A DNA stretch of 64,000 bases, from contig OZ361261.1 in the NCBI GenBank assembly GCA_977018835.1, forward strand, positions 248,001 to 312,000, read 5' to 3'. The notes beneath the pieces are model-generated. The model had not been told where the DNA came from, ran no database searches, and worked only from the letters and a program-made list of their open reading frames with translations. Shown piece after piece: positions 50,396 through 63,990 of the stretch (position 1 is the stretch's first letter; each line of letters starts with the position of its first letter). Position numbers and translations under genes: made by a program. This DNA comes from Minutocellus sp. GHC0000111. Its lineage: Eukaryota.

Positions 50396-53300
50396 CTAAC
50401 CCTCGTTCTCGCGCAGGATCTGCTCGGGGGTGAGAAGAGGGGCATTAGAAAGTGCGCTTGATGCAGATATGTTTGGGGCCGACCAAGGATCGTTGCTCAC
50501 ACCACCGATTCCTGAAAATCTCTGCGGCACAAGCAAGTCGCTAGTGTGCCCGCCAATAGCAGTGGCGGTTGCGATAGCGTCTGCCAAACCATCATTTGCG
50601 CCCGGACCACCGCCCAGAGCGAGAGGGGAGCCGCCGACATCACCCTCCCTTCCGCCGTCTTCTTCGTAGTCATCCTCTACCATTTCAGACTCGTCGAGGA
50701 TGGTATCGAGAAAACTCTGAACGTTGAATCCACCACTACCACCAAGAAGAGGCCTCCCTCTCAGAAATCCAGGCGAAGCTTGGTCCAAGATTGGCAGAGT
50801 TCCGCCAAGGGGGAGGCCATCGGTATTTTCTGAAGTTCCCAAGGGTTGGTCGTTATGAAGGCCACTCAAACCCTCCTGGTTATCGCGCCCAAGTGGTGAA
50901 CTGGCATTGCCTCCGAGCCACAATTCAGTCCCGCCGAGCCCTCCGAGGCCACTAGGCGCTCCGACGCGTCCGTCCAAGGGAATTTGGGATAGGTTGGATA
51001 AGCTAGCATCATCAGGAAGGGGGGCTGGCAACCCAGCATCCTTCTCTTTCGTCGACAGAAAGCCAGGTGGTGGCGCGAGGCCTGGAGGCGGAGCGATGGG
51101 AGCAGCTTCTGGAGTAGATGGGTTTGATCCGTCAAACGAACGGATATTTGGCATCGACTTGGCAAATTCAGAATCGGCAGAAGGAGCGAAAGAAATTTCG
51201 TTGAAACTGCGTTCTCTTTCCATCGAAGCTTTCTCCTTGGACTTTTTAGAAGGTGCATTTGATGGCGAAGATTGCTTGGTGGTAGTAGCAGCAGCGCCCA
51301 GACTATTCCTCCGTTTTTCGGCAGCGGCTGCCTTCTTCTTTTTCTTCTTCGAACTACTTGAAGTATCGGCGACAACTGCTGGAGCAGCAGCGATATCGGC
51401 GGTAGGTTGCTGCTGCTGTTGCTTCTGCTTCTGTTTCTGCTTCTTTTTGGTTTGGCGATTTGTCGTACCGGCTGGGACCGATGGCGCATCGGCGTCATCG
51501 ACCTCATCCGCCTTTGGCGCTTTAACCCCCTTTTTCTCCGAGGCTTTGGATTTTTCCGCTTTCCTTGCCTTCTTCTCCGCTGCCTCTACAGGCTTGGAGG
51601 CCTTGGCCGAAGGTTTTGCCTTCGCGGCATTCTCCTTTGACTTGGAGTCCATCGGTTCAGTAGAATTGGGGCTCACTTGCTTAGCCACTGAAGCCTTCGA
51701 GGCTTCGCAAATACTTTCGGGCGCCTTCTTGGCGGCACCGTTTTGGCTTTTCTTGTCTGCGCTCTTCTTTTGATGGCATGGGTCAGATTGAACATTGCGC
51801 CTACATTATTCAGGGAGAAGCAAAGAATGTGCAGATCAATGGTGAGAGTTGCGAAGCAGTGATAAAAAAATCAAAGGAATAGAGAGCTACGGCGCAATAC
51901 AAAGCCATAACCGGCACGAAACACTTACCGAGATGTCTTCTTGGAAGCTTCAGGTCGCTTTGATTCCTCGGTCGCCGATGAAGCAGCGGTGGATGCAGCA
52001 GATGGAACTTCTGCTGATGATCCGGGTGAGCCTTGGGTTTGTACCTTGCTATGCTCCTCGCTTCGTGGTTTCTTTGTTCTAGCCCCGTTGCCAGTGGCCA
52101 CTTGATGTTTGGGCGCAGTGTCTCGAGGTGCCTTTTTGTGGCCGCCTGATTGAATATGCCAGTCTCCTTCCGATACCCCCTTCGTGTCGATGGCTGATTC
52201 TATGGAAACAGGAAGAGGAAGTACATATTGCGAGGGCGCCTTTTCGCTTGATTTCGTTTTCTGCGTAGATGGTAGTAGTGATGCGATGTCGTCTTCCTTC
52301 TCGTCCTCTTGCACCTTTTTAGCTATGGCCTTCGCCGATGAATCAGTTTGGATTCCTTTCGCCGCAGCATTCGAGGGGGCGATAATTGTAGTTGGAACTG
52401 AATCATCATCCTCCGACTCATCGTCGACAATTGCAACGGCTTCTGCCACCAAAACATCGGTGTAACTCGACCCCCTTCGCAGTTCTACTCTCCTCTTGAG
52501 CAGATCACCGACACGATTTCCAACGCCCAAGCTCACACGTGAAGGGTGTGGAAGGATGCCCCTCGTTGCAGCTCCACGCCAGCTCAAAGCCATTGGCAAT
52601 GCTGCATTTGTATCGTTGCTGCTCAATGATGATGCAGAATGTCCAAATATTTCGTCAGCGAGTGATCCTTGCGCTCTCGCTGGCCTTGGTCCTCTGGACA
52701 AAGCCTTGGCCGACGCATTCAACTTGGTGCCTTCATTCTCTGAAGTAGGTGCCGCAGCAGTTGCAGCAGAATGAGCTCCACCTCTATAGAAAAATGCGCC
52801 ATTTGGTCGAAGGCAGCGAGGCATAGCCGCTTGTACCCTGCGATACTTCCCGAGGAGGAGCCGGCGGGTTTGGTCCCTCCCCGCTTGGGCCAAGTCGGCG
52901 GAATTCGGATCTGATTGTGCCACCTGATACAAGGCTTTGTGGTGGGACGAGTCCCCTGTGCCATGTGATGCGCCAAGGAGGCGTACCATTGAGGGGTCAT
53001 TTCCAACCCCGGGTACGAGATCATCGATATCAGTAGTAGTGAGGAACCGATGGCGAACTTTGCGATCAATGCCCACACTGTAAGCGACACAAAGCATGAG
53101 TAGAAGAATGGGCCAGACAATCAGCAGCGTTTGCTTCCGTATATTCGAATCTTCCCTCTCGATCACGTCCGACCAAACGAAGGGGTTCCATGTTGAACGA
53201 TCCTGGCGGTAGAGCTTCTCGACACGTCGCACTTTATTAGCAAAAGACGGGTGAATTGGAACGCAAGATGCCATCTCTTCGTGTGACATATCAAAACCGA

Positions 53301-56300
53301 CCAACAGCTGCGATCCTTTTGCGTCCGCAAGCGCAGAGTATCCTGCCTCTTTTGAGGAATAATCCAAGTTGAGAACGACAAATGATTTCTTCATTGAGCA
53401 TCGAGGAGAGTGTGAAATCGATATGGACCCAACCTCGCCAGGCTGAAGAATGAATCCATCGTCTTCGAATCCATCATCCTCACAACCAAAGAGGGTGAAT
53501 CCACCTACAGAACATCCTCGAGCGCCATTCTTCGTGGGCAGCGCAATTGGACGCTGGGTAACTTGAGATAGAGAAAAGGGTGCCAACGAGGCCGAACGAA
53601 GTCCAACTGGCAGGCCTCCCGTGTTGCGAATCTTGACCCTCCTACTGACAGCTTTCCCAGGCTCGGTCGCTGAAGCTGTTCCGGGAAACATGAGAGCTGG
53701 CATACCGTACCGAATTTCTAGCGATGCTTCAGTAGAATCCGCACCGCCAGCTTCCTCGAATGCAATTTGGCGCGTTGCACCGACACCGGTAAGCTTGATC
53801 GGCTCAATGCCTGTGAGAGAATTCTCGATCAAGATGGTAGAGCCAAATCTCGAGGCCGCAGAAGGACGAAAGTAGATTGGCCCCAACCACGCCTTTTCAT
53901 AAGGAGCGAGGACGATCTCTTCCTGCAAAGAGCTCGTGGAAATAGCAAATGGCGGCACAACATCATGCACAGATGGACACGATGGGGAGAACCAGTCGAG
54001 GCATTTCCCGGCCTTGTACGAAGATGACTCGCCAGATTCTTCGCCACTCACTGAATCGTATATGCGTCCACGCAAATGCACTCGCTTCGCTGCAGACGCA
54101 CCCATGGTCGAATAGAGTCGTCCTGGTGCCTTAAGAAAGTTTGCTATTGCTTCATTTTGGTTTGCCTGAGCTTGCTGCTGTTGGTCATCCCTGAGACCGC
54201 AGCGGCGTCGGCCGCAGCCGGTGATAAGAGCGGAGGTGGCATGGAGACTTGGATCGGCGAAGACAGAGGACGATCCGTTGGTGGACTTGACCGTTACATT
54301 ATGACGAGACCTGAGCGTTGTGCCGTCACCGCTGACTTGGTAGTATGCGCCGCCGTTCCACCATCTATCTGCGTCTGACGAACATGCATCATTGGTGCAG
54401 GAGTGTACATGCAGGGGGCTGATATCGTCGTCAAACAAGTAGAGATCGTCCTCAGACCATGCAGCACGATGGTCCACACCGTCCCATTTGGCTGAGTAGG
54501 TAGATGCTGTCTCGTTGGGACCGAATGGCTTGATGGTTGTCAGACGGACTCGTAGTGACATTTCGCTTGGATTGTGGACTGGAACGTATAAAGTCTCCAC
54601 CTCTGATAAAGCAGTGAGGGAGAAATCAATGATACCTGTTCCCCCCCAGTCCACTCGGTAGGTCGCATTAGGTGCTTCCTGGGGTCGCGAGTCAAAGATT
54701 GAAGGCAGATCCAGATATGTCCAAAGAAATGACAGGGGGACATCCGTGGTGAACGGCTCAATGGCCTTGCCATCACTGTACTCAGGTATCTTCTCTATCG
54801 TTGCCCTGAGGTCTCCAGTCAACAAGTGAAGCTTCTGTTCTATCACTTTCTTCCAGGCATTGCGTGCGTCAAGAAACGGCTTCACATCCAGAGTATGCAC
54901 AAGAGCCATTTCTGGCTCTTCGGCTCGGTCGAGACGCAACTTCTCAGCGCTTTCGGAATACATCGCAACAAGCAGTTTCGATGCTTCCCGAAGGGCATCA
55001 ATTGCCTCTGACTTGACCCCTTGCTTCGAATCCTCTTCATCTGCATCCGAATCATAATCAAACGGAACGCCAAGCCACTGCCAAGCATACTGGAGCTCGT
55101 CGCCGTGCACTTTTCCATCCATATTGGCGGCTGTTGTGTCTTTCACCTTGATATCATGACTGCGCGCATGGGCCAAGTCCAGCATCCTATTTCCGTTCCA
55201 TTTTCTGGTCTTCAGATTAAAAGCGCCTCCACCCTCAGTCATAGAAGACTCTGACAGGGACTGCAACATATGCTCGTACCGATGATTGTCCCAAGCAAGC
55301 TCTGGGCTGTAAGCGTATTCCATGGCGGCGTCAGCCTCCGACAGGCCACAGCCTGCCGGCTGCAACAAAGATCGCGATTCGAGAAATAAAAGTGCGCAGG
55401 AGAGAAAGTTCGACTCTTCGCATCGAATGGATGACAAAGCAAAGGCATCATATACCCTATACTCGCGTGGCACGGATAAATCAGACTCCTTGGGCTTCTC
55501 CTTCGTGCGACTTCCACCCAGAAGAAAGTCAAACCACGGATTACAACTCGAAAGCTTCACAATTTCGAAGGAATCATCAAATGTACTTCGAATCTGCAAT
55601 GGAGTTCGTCTTCTCTTGGCCTCGTCAATACCACCGATGTCGATCCCCGGTGTCATTGCACTCGGATGGGATTGTGCAATGGTTGGATCGACGCGATTAT
55701 GGTAAAGCCGCCCGGTAGGACCGTGATCATCATTGATGATTTGAGCCTCTTCTTCTCCTACATACGGTCCCATCGACAAAAAGCTTCCTTCCGCACCGGC
55801 ATTAAGCTCCGCCAAGAGAGCTTGATACGTTACAACGATCGGTATAGCTTGCCCTAAGCTACTCCTCAACACTAACCCCGTCGATAAGAAGGGCAGCATA
55901 CTCATCGTCCCGCCTTCGCTTCTGCTGAGTCTTCGAAGGACAGACCACGGCGGCGTGATTACGGTGAGGTCCAATCTAGCGGTCGAGGCTGGAGGCAAAT
56001 ACCAAACATCTTTCTTGCTGATAGACATAGGCGTTGTCGTAGAGCTGGAAGCCGCAGGCTTGACAAAACATTTGATGCCATTATTGCTCAAAAGAATCCC
56101 CGCAGCACCTTGTTCAACGCATTCCTTCCTTCGAGTGAACCAAGAGCTACTCTGGCATTCATCATCACTGTCCAGCCCAGGGATATTGCCTCCACTAAAA
56201 CAGGAAATTAGCGGCGGCCCTCCCCCCCCGATAGACCGACGGTATATCATCGCTCTTTGGTCGAGCGGGGGGATCAGGGGAGGAAGCCCGAATAGTCACG

Positions 56301-59300
56301 GTTGCGTGCTTGTAAAACAATCCTGATAGCTGCGGGGTAATCAGATCGCAATCCTTGCGTGTAGCGGGAAATACATCATCAGAATCCGCTAGGCGGCCAA
56401 AGAAAGCTTGGCTCGGCTCTGAAGATGAGAGAAAACGCGCCATCCCATCAGAGTGAAAAGAACGAGGGTCCTCCGAAGTACTAGCAGGGTCTGTATCCTT
56501 CTTCAACAGCTTCAACGAATCGATTCGCATTTTCCCTAATCCAATCGACATCCCCTCGATCGAACCGCCATAGTCCGGCGATACCTCCATCGGTACAGGG
56601 TTTGGATTGGTAAGAAGCAAAGAGTACGATCGCCGCGAGGAGAGAGACAAAACTCCAAGGTCAAGGACGACAGGATCCACTTCAGAAGGCGCCGGGTCGC
56701 TGCCCTTTGGCTGGGACAAATATTCAAAGAGATTCTTTAGCTTGGAGCTCTCCTTGCCCCTTTTCCTTCTTTGCTGTCTAGTGCTAACTTCCGCATCACC
56801 GACATGACCTTTGAGAACTTGACCGAGGGTGGTGTTTTGATGCCAATTGTCAATGCATTCTTCGTCATCTTGCCACATTCCTTTACACGCGAGAAATCGA
56901 ACATCGGACGTGTCCGCGTAGCTGTGATCAAGTCTAGCAGCAAGACGGCCATCGTACGTCTTCAACGGAACAACAAATTGAACTGGAGGATAGGATCCAA
57001 AAATGATCTGCATGGCTAGGCCACACTTCTCATCTCTGCGCAAAGCCGTCGTTACTCCGTCTGTGACCTCCAAGTCATTCTGGCGCACATCGAAGACAAA
57101 AGTGCCATTGTTGTGGGCTCCAACGAAACGCATTATCTCGAACTGATCCTGGCATCGATTTGAAAGCCCTTGGCCAACACCGGTGATATCAGCAGACAAC
57201 AAGAATAAAGGAAACGGAAATGCATTGACAATGTCGATTCTTTGCGTATCCAGCATCGCATCCGAGCTGTCCCTTCGTCCAGCGGCCATTCCAACTGGAA
57301 AATATGTCTGACTTGCATCATAGCTCAAAGAACCATGGAACACATCGACCTTGAAAGGCACTTCGAGAAGAACGTGGTCCAATGACTGCGTTTCGTTAGC
57401 GGTAGATTCTTTTGCAGCAACTTGCCTCCATTGCTCATAGCTCGTCATAGAAGCCAACGTGGCCCGAATAACGATTAATCCAGAGAATCGCTGTGGCAAT
57501 GTGCGTCCGTTGCTACCAGCGTCGCCGCCGAAGTTCAAGTTTGGACGACATACAACCGAAAGCGCACCATCCAAGGTTGTACCGGCTGGTACTACAACGT
57601 CCCCGATGCTCTCTGGCGTACTGGCACCAATGCTGTCTCCAGCGGGAGTGCCGTTAATCAAGACTTCCACATTTATGCCGGCAGTCGATTCGTTCGGCAT
57701 GCCATGGTCTCTGTCGTCGATGCCTATAGTCGCTCTCATTATGCGCAAACTTTCCTCCGCGTGATTGGTAATATTGAGAGGGATGATCGAAAACTGAGCC
57801 TCTTCCAATGGCGACGATAGCAGCCCAAACTGTACAGCTGCCGGCGACGAGGAAAGCAATTTCATCTCGGACTGTGATTCGTCGTTGCTTGCAACCCCGA
57901 TGTCGGATTTCAATACGTCCTGATCAAAATCTGGTGTCCCAGTCGCCTCCGAAAATGCAGTTCCACTTTCATAAACGGCCATCAGACTGGATTCCGTCTC
58001 AAATGCCTCTTCAAATTCCACCGGAGCACTTTCCAACGCCACGGCCATGGTCCCCACCGACGTGCGAATGTGAACGTAGCCCAAAAAGTCGGGGAGGCTA
58101 TCCATCTCTGCCTCCGGATCAATCTGAAAGGGAATTAAAAGGTTGACCGAGGCAATGAATCCCGCCTCAAAAGGTCGCAATACCACAGGACCTTCCGATA
58201 CCCGGTCCACCTGTGAAATGAACGTCCCGCTTGGGCTGCGTTGCTGAAGAATCTCTTCGACGGCCCGGTAGTTGCCTGACGATTCATCCAAAAAATCATT
58301 TGGGCTAACCCTAACGACATTTGGATTCGATGCGTACACCTCATGAACGACCAGGTCTCGACTTGCGTGCGGGTTGACCATGTGCAACCGATACGTTCCA
58401 AAGTCTCGAGGTCCAAATACCGCAATCTGTGACGGCTCTGGTCGGAACGTTATGGTGCTGGGAAGGCCGTACGGGTTGGTCCGGACCGCCGAGGCCCAGA
58501 TCGGCGCCTGCAACTTTTCGGGTATGTTGTCAATCTCAATTTGCAGGTGGGCCAGAGCCACATGGAGACGAGGGTTGGACAATAACGACGGTCCAATCTT
58601 CGTCTGCACGTTGCGGTCGGAACGGACATACTGTTTCCATTCCTTCGGATCGTGCCTCATTTGCTGTCGGAGGATGGAGGGCGGGATTGCACTGCCAGTA
58701 TATGCTAGATCGCTGTTTACACTTGCGGAAGAGAACATCTCCGACATTATTGTCGGTGCCACGTCGTGCTGCCCGCTGTAGTCAATGCCCCGCTCCAATT
58801 CCATCACATCGGCAAGGAGCGTCGGACTCTTGCCCCCTAACAAAAGCTCGTCGGTGCCAAGGCTGAGGCGCTCTTCGTACTCTTCGGCCATCTCCAACGT
58901 CCGTTCGCGGTGCTCTGCCCAATCGTTCAAGCAGATGCCAACTCTTCCGTCGATGGGGACTCCGACGCAGCAGTAGTAGCAGCCGCCGCCGCCTTGGACG
59001 GTGGGACCTGCATCGGTCCTCCGTACAGTTTGTGCTCCAGATAGTCACTGGGGATGGCAGGATACATGCTGATGGGAAACGATGCGCTCTGCCCCGGTCC
59101 CAGCGTCAGCACTCGGTCGCCGAACTCGGATATGTTGATCTGATACACGGTCGATCCGACGTCGACGGTGTTGCTGTGCAGAGCATCCCGAACACCACCG
59201 GCAGCACCACTACTGAAACCAGCACTCCTCCGTTCGCTGACCAGCAGCATCGGACTGGTCTCCATGCTGCGTATCTTGAGCGGATGCGTTGTGTGCGTGT

Positions 59301-59816
59301 TGGTCAGATCGATAGTGCCGTACGATATCACCGAGGACGGTACGTCGTGCAGACCTGTAATGGACACGGCCAGGTGGGCGGCGCCTTCCCCTCCTGCTGC
59401 TGGTCCATTCCTCCCAGCTCCACCGCCGCCGCCGCCGCCTCGGGGCGCCTGGACCCTCTGCTGAGAGTTCTGGACCAAGTTGGCCGCAGCCGCCAAGGTT
59501 TCCGACGAGGCCTGCGTCACCCGAATGGGAACGTTGGTGTTGGCATACACCGTCCGCTGGTGCTGCTGGACCGACTGCGGGAGGCGGGGGGTCGGTTACA
59601 GGTTTGCGCTTGTTGCAAATTTTGCTTCTTGGGAGGTTGCTGATGAGTCGCCTGAGTATTGGTGGATGCCGCTATGGGTACGGCATTCGGCACGGCATGT
59701 GCCTGGAGGGACAGGAGGCAGTAGAGTAGCAGCAGAAGGGGCGGGAGGAGTCCGAACAGGACCCCACCGCCGCCGCCTCTGCGGCCGCTACCGCCGACCT
59801 GCATGGTGGCGATCAT
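50396..59816 (-). CDS. TMEM131-like giant membrane protein; intron 51801-51928; frame breaks near 59550, 58928 and 56220
   Basis: Signal peptide; repeated PapD/Ig-like segments (NPYGL, VNPH, TNPNP, HNPS, LGPIYFRP, ENSLTGIE, RNTGGLPV..GFTLFGC..FILQPGE); one TM helix; Lys-rich disordered tail. Confidence 0.75.
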
Positions 59817-60407
59817 TTTTATGAGGCCTGAGCATGAGCAGCTGAAGGATGAGGGGCAAAAGGAACGCCGCGGAACTGAATAGCACCAACTCTGCTTGGG
59901 AAACATTTGGCGCAATGGCCGAAAGATATTGCGCTCACAATTCATTCAACCACAAGAAAACAAACTTATTCAACAATGTCGATGATCAACAGAAGCATCA
60001 AGTGCCGTCCATGCGGTCCACTCAAGGGCGAAAGTCATGCCAAGAACTATTTTACTTATCCATCTCCCACCACCCACGTGTCTCCACCCAACAGAATCCA
60101 CAACCTAGGTCTGGCGAGGCTTCTTCTTCTGGCCAAAGAAGGATTGGATGCCGCCCTTACGCTTCGACTTGCGCTCCTTGGATGCCTCCGATCCCTTCAC
60201 GTATTCTCCCAGATAAGCTCCGCTCTCCAAATTCTCCTTGTCCTGGGCCATCTGTTTGCGGTACTTGGCCGCGAGCGGCGCGCCGAACTTTTCCTCCAAC
60301 TTGGAAGTTTCACAAGCATAAAGATCTCGAGCCTCGACACAGAAGATTTACCGAGATATCCACCAGATTGGATGATTTTTCCTGATATGCCCCATTGAAC
60401 TGGCACT

Positions 60408-60607
60408 NNNNNNNNNNNNNNNNNNNNNNNNNNNNNNNNNNNNNNNNNNNNNNNNNNNNNNNNNNNNNNNNNNNNNNNNNNNNNNNNNNNNNNNNNNNNN
60501 NNNNNNNNNNNNNNNNNNNNNNNNNNNNNNNNNNNNNNNNNNNNNNNNNNNNNNNNNNNNNNNNNNNNNNNNNNNNNNNNNNNNNNNNNNNNNNNNNNNN
60601 NNNNNNN
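60408..60607. other. Assembly gap (200 N)
   Basis: Run of n characters. Confidence 1.
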
Positions 60608-61683
60608 CTGTCGTTGATATCGTCCTCTGTCATCGCCATGATCGTAGCGTTCAGACGGGTGTTGCCAAACGCAACGCTGAATCCTAGAAGTACCTGCTTG
60701 AATTCATCGAATGTGATACCGAGCCACCAGCGCATGGGGTGGACGATACTACTAGTAACGTTCTTGAAGAACAAACCGATATTGATGCCGAGATCGCCAG
60801 CTTTGGTGGTGTAGATAGAGGCATGGAAGAAGCGGTTGGTACCGACGCCGACAGTAAGCATACGCTTGAGACCCACTGCCGTGCAAGCTGCCGCACCTGC
60901 GGTGATTGCGGCTCCCACTGCTCCCATCTTCGCATATGGGAAGAGGATGCTCATCACGAGCCAGTGCACACGCTGAAGCCAGTACAATACGTCGGGGTAA
61001 CGGTCGAGATTCTCGCCCAACTCCTCGGCGCTATTCTTGTTGTGGAGGCACCACGGCTTGGCGTCCCAAATGACCTTGACGCTGTTGGCGATCGATGAGG
61101 CAGCTTCGACGAGCCCAAAAGCTTTGACAATCCTCCGTTGCATGGTCAATGCTGCTCGAAGACACGGCTCTACGATATATTTCTCGCCTTTCTTGTTGGT
61201 ATCAGTGAAGAGGAGACCTTTCTTCTGAACGTCCTTGGCGTGGAGATGGCCTGCGTAATGGAGCAGGCAGTATTCCTCTCCATGCTGCAGAATCTCGTCC
61301 TTGGTGGGAAAGGTAGATGTGGATCCCCAGACCTCGAGAAGATAGGCCATAGGAAGACCAGCCTTGAGGCATGCCCAGCTCAAGCCGATGTACTCGTAGG
61401 ACCGGTGGACCATTTGGGATACCTCGTTGTTGATGGCCACCCGAGGATAGGCATAGTTCTGGAGCACTCCATCCTTGATGAGGGTGTCGATGCCTGAGGC
61501 AACGGTGGTGACGAGATACTTCCCAGCAAATTCGATGATTGGAATGGGCCTGGTGTCCGAGAATTGAGGCTCGGGGAAGTTCGACGTAGGAGGAAGGTCG
61601 GTATGGTGAATATGGGCTTGGATAGAGCCATCGTTCTGAAGGAGAAAGTTAGTCGCTCCCGAATACTCGTCGTCAGAAACTAG
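60608..61683 (-). pseudogene. Unassigned long open frame without an obvious 5' start, running into the gap; a possible remnant continues at 60105-60407
   Basis: About 350 stop-free codons (VSDDEYSGATNFLLQ...MTEDDIND); no family recognised. Confidence 0.45.
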
Positions 61684-63227
61684 TCAAGCGCTGCATGAGC
61701 CGTCTCAGAGAGAAGCCTGATGACCTAGAGAAGTATGTCTACCTTCGCAATATCCAAGATGTCAATGAGAACCTATTTTATGCCATGCTTACCCGTCATA
61801 CCGCTGAGCTTATGCCGATTGTTTACACGCCCACCGTCGGCAAGGCATGCGAGGAATTCTCCCATATTTATCGCGGAGCACTTCGTGGCCTGTATCTTAC
61901 CCTCAACGACGCTGGTTCGATTAGAGAAATCCTCGACAATTGGCCCTATTCCGATGTGACCACAATCGTAGTGACGGATGGAGAACGTATTCTTGGCCTT
62001 GGCGATTTGGGAGTCAATGGTATGGGCATCCCCATTGGTAAGCTGGCCCTCTACTCTGCCTGTGCTGGCATTCATCCCGCCCGCTGTCTTCCCGTTCACA
62101 TCGATGTCGGTACCAACAACAAGGCAAATCTCGACGATCCGTACTATCTTGGTCTGCGCCAGAACAGAGAACGAGGGCCAAAGTATGATGCTCTGATTGC
62201 AGAATTTTTCGAGGCCGCTCAAGACAAGTTTGGCGAAAATGTTTTGATTCAATTCGAAGACTTCGGAAATACCACAGCCTTTCGGCTCCTTGAACAGTGG
62301 CAGGACAAAGCTTGCACTTTCAATGACGATGTCCAAGGCACGGCATCGGTAGCATTAGCTGGACTTTTGTCGTCGAAACGAATTACTGGCAAGTCATTGT
62401 CTGACCATACATATCTGTTTAATGGAGCAGGCGAGGCTGGAACTGGAATTGCCAGTCTTATTGCCTACGCTATATCAATTGAGAGCGGTTGTTCTCTTGA
62501 AGAAGCGAGAGAAAGTATCTTCTTGGTTGATTCCAAGGGATTGGTGACCAAGAATCGTGGGGATTTCGAGAGCCTTCCGCATCACAAAATTCCTTTCGCG
62601 CACGATGTGCCTTTGACCTGCCCTAATCTCGCATGCGCCGTGAGCAATGTGAAACCATCTGTCCTCATCGGTGTGTCCGCCCAACCCAAGACCTTTACCC
62701 GTGACATTTGCTCGAGCATGGCTACATTCAATGACCGCCCCATCATTTGCGCTCTGAGCAACCCCACCTCGAAAGCCGAGTGCACTGCCGAAGAAGCGTA
62801 TGCTTGGACCGACGGCAAGGCAATCTTTTCATCCGGCAGTCCCTTTGCCCCGGTGACTCTTGAAGATGGCCGTACATTTGTTCCCGGCCAGGGCAACAAT
62901 GCTTATATTTTCCCAGGAGTTGGACTCGGTGCTCTTGCCTCCGGCGCCAAGAAACTGACCGACCACGACATGTATGTAGCTGCCAATGCTCTCGCGGAAC
63001 AGGTGACTGATGCCGAGTTGGAGTCAGGATCACTGTACCCATCGTTGGATCGCATTCGGGATATCAGTGCGTATGTTGCAGTTGCAGTTGCTGAAAATGC
63101 ATATGAAACTAACGTGGCTACGAAGCCCAGGCCGGAGAATTTGTTGAAGCATGTTCAGGGAATCATGTACGATCCATTTGATGAGTCCAAATCGAAGGTG
63201 ACAAAGGTGGATTCCTTTGCTCAGTAG
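61683..63227 (+). CDS. NAD(P)-dependent malic enzyme, N-terminally incomplete
   Basis: MPIVYTPTVG, VTDGERILGLGDLG, IQFEDF, FNDDVQGTA, GAGEAG, ALSNPT, GQGNNAYIFPG. Confidence 0.93.
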   Translation, partial: VKRCMSRLREKPDDLEKYVYLRNIQDVNENLFYAMLTRHTAELMPIVYTPTVGKACEEFSHIYRGALRGLYLTLNDAGSIREILDNWPYSDVTTIVVTDGERILGLGDLGVNGMGIPIGKLALYSACAGIHPARCLPVHIDVGTNNKANLDDPYYLGLRQNRERGPKYDALIAEFFEAAQDKFGENVLIQFEDFGNTTAFRLLEQWQDKACTFNDDVQGTASVALAGLLSSKRITGKSLSDHTYLFNGAGEAGTGIASLIAYAISIESGCSLEEARESIFLVDSKGLVTKNRGDFESLPHHKIPFAHDVPLTCPNLACAVSNVKPSVLIGVSAQPKTFTRDICSSMATFNDRPIICALSNPTSKAECTAEEAYAWTDGKAIFSSGSPFAPVTLEDGRTFVPGQGNNAYIFPGVGLGALASGAKKLTDHDMYVAANALAEQVTDAELESGSLYPSLDRIRDISAYVAVAVAENAYETNVATKPRPENLLKHVQGIMYDPFDESKSKVTKVDSFAQ

Positions 63228-63667
63228 GAATCCCAGATCAAGATACATAGAACTGCATAGGAACCCATTGCAATATATTTCCTACTAGCTAGGGATATCC
63301 TCCTGTGTGAATTGTAGAAAATCGAATGTGTTCCGATTTGTACTGGGACGAGAGAGAGGAGATCCCCGCTGGTATCCCAGCCAGCCATGGCAACTGCCGA
63401 CCAGATGGGCCCGGGTGCCCTCTAAGACAGACAGTCGTCACCGCTTGGAGGGTGGGCGCGGCCCATCTAGGCCTACGTAGCAATAAGAGGGTGTGAGTTT
63501 TTTTTGTTCCAATAAACTAGGTCGACGAAGAAACGCATGTTCCACGCTTATTTCCGTCGATTTTGGCGCTGCTTGCTCTCTCTCGTGTTACATCGTAGAA
63601 ACATCTGCAAAACACAGGCGATGCCAACTTGAACGGCTGTGGCAGGCAGATCGTGTTTCAGATTTTA

Positions 63668-63749
63668 GAAAGCAAGCCAGCATTCGGAACAAAGATCTCA
63701 CAAGTGAAGTGAAAGCAAGCCAGCATTCGGAACAAAGATCTCACAAGTG
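63668..63749. repeat. Tandem duplication with 43 bp period
   Basis: gaaagcaagccagcattcggaacaaagatctcacaagtg at 63668 and 63711. Confidence 0.9.
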
Positions 63750-63834
63750 GAAGCAGGTACTCCCCGTCGTGGGGAAAGTTTGGATTTGACTTTTTGTATT
63801 TTTAAAGGGAGTGCTTCAGATTCAATGAGTCACG

Positions 63835-63990
63835 CGCCAGCATGTCAAATCGGCCTCTCATCAAATCCGCAGCATGTCAAAACAACCAGCACATCAAGCC
63901 GCAGCAGCAATCAAACCGCAGCGGCACATCAAACCATACTCACCACCCGCAGCATGTCAAAACGTTCAGCGTATCGAACCGCAGCAAATC
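63835..63990. repeat. Degenerate short-unit repeat (ccgcagc / catgtcaaa / atcaaacc)
   Basis: cagcatgtcaaa occurs three times and ccgcagc five times in ~150 bp at the window end. Confidence 0.6.

Noticed and set aside
4710..59560. Many frame changes in conserved genes (APC1, SRPK, TMEM131-like, cyclophilin) as programmed frameshifting or mass pseudogenisation
   Set aside because: They often fall in homopolymer runs and hit essential genes, as expected from long-read indel error. Short-read polishing would decide.
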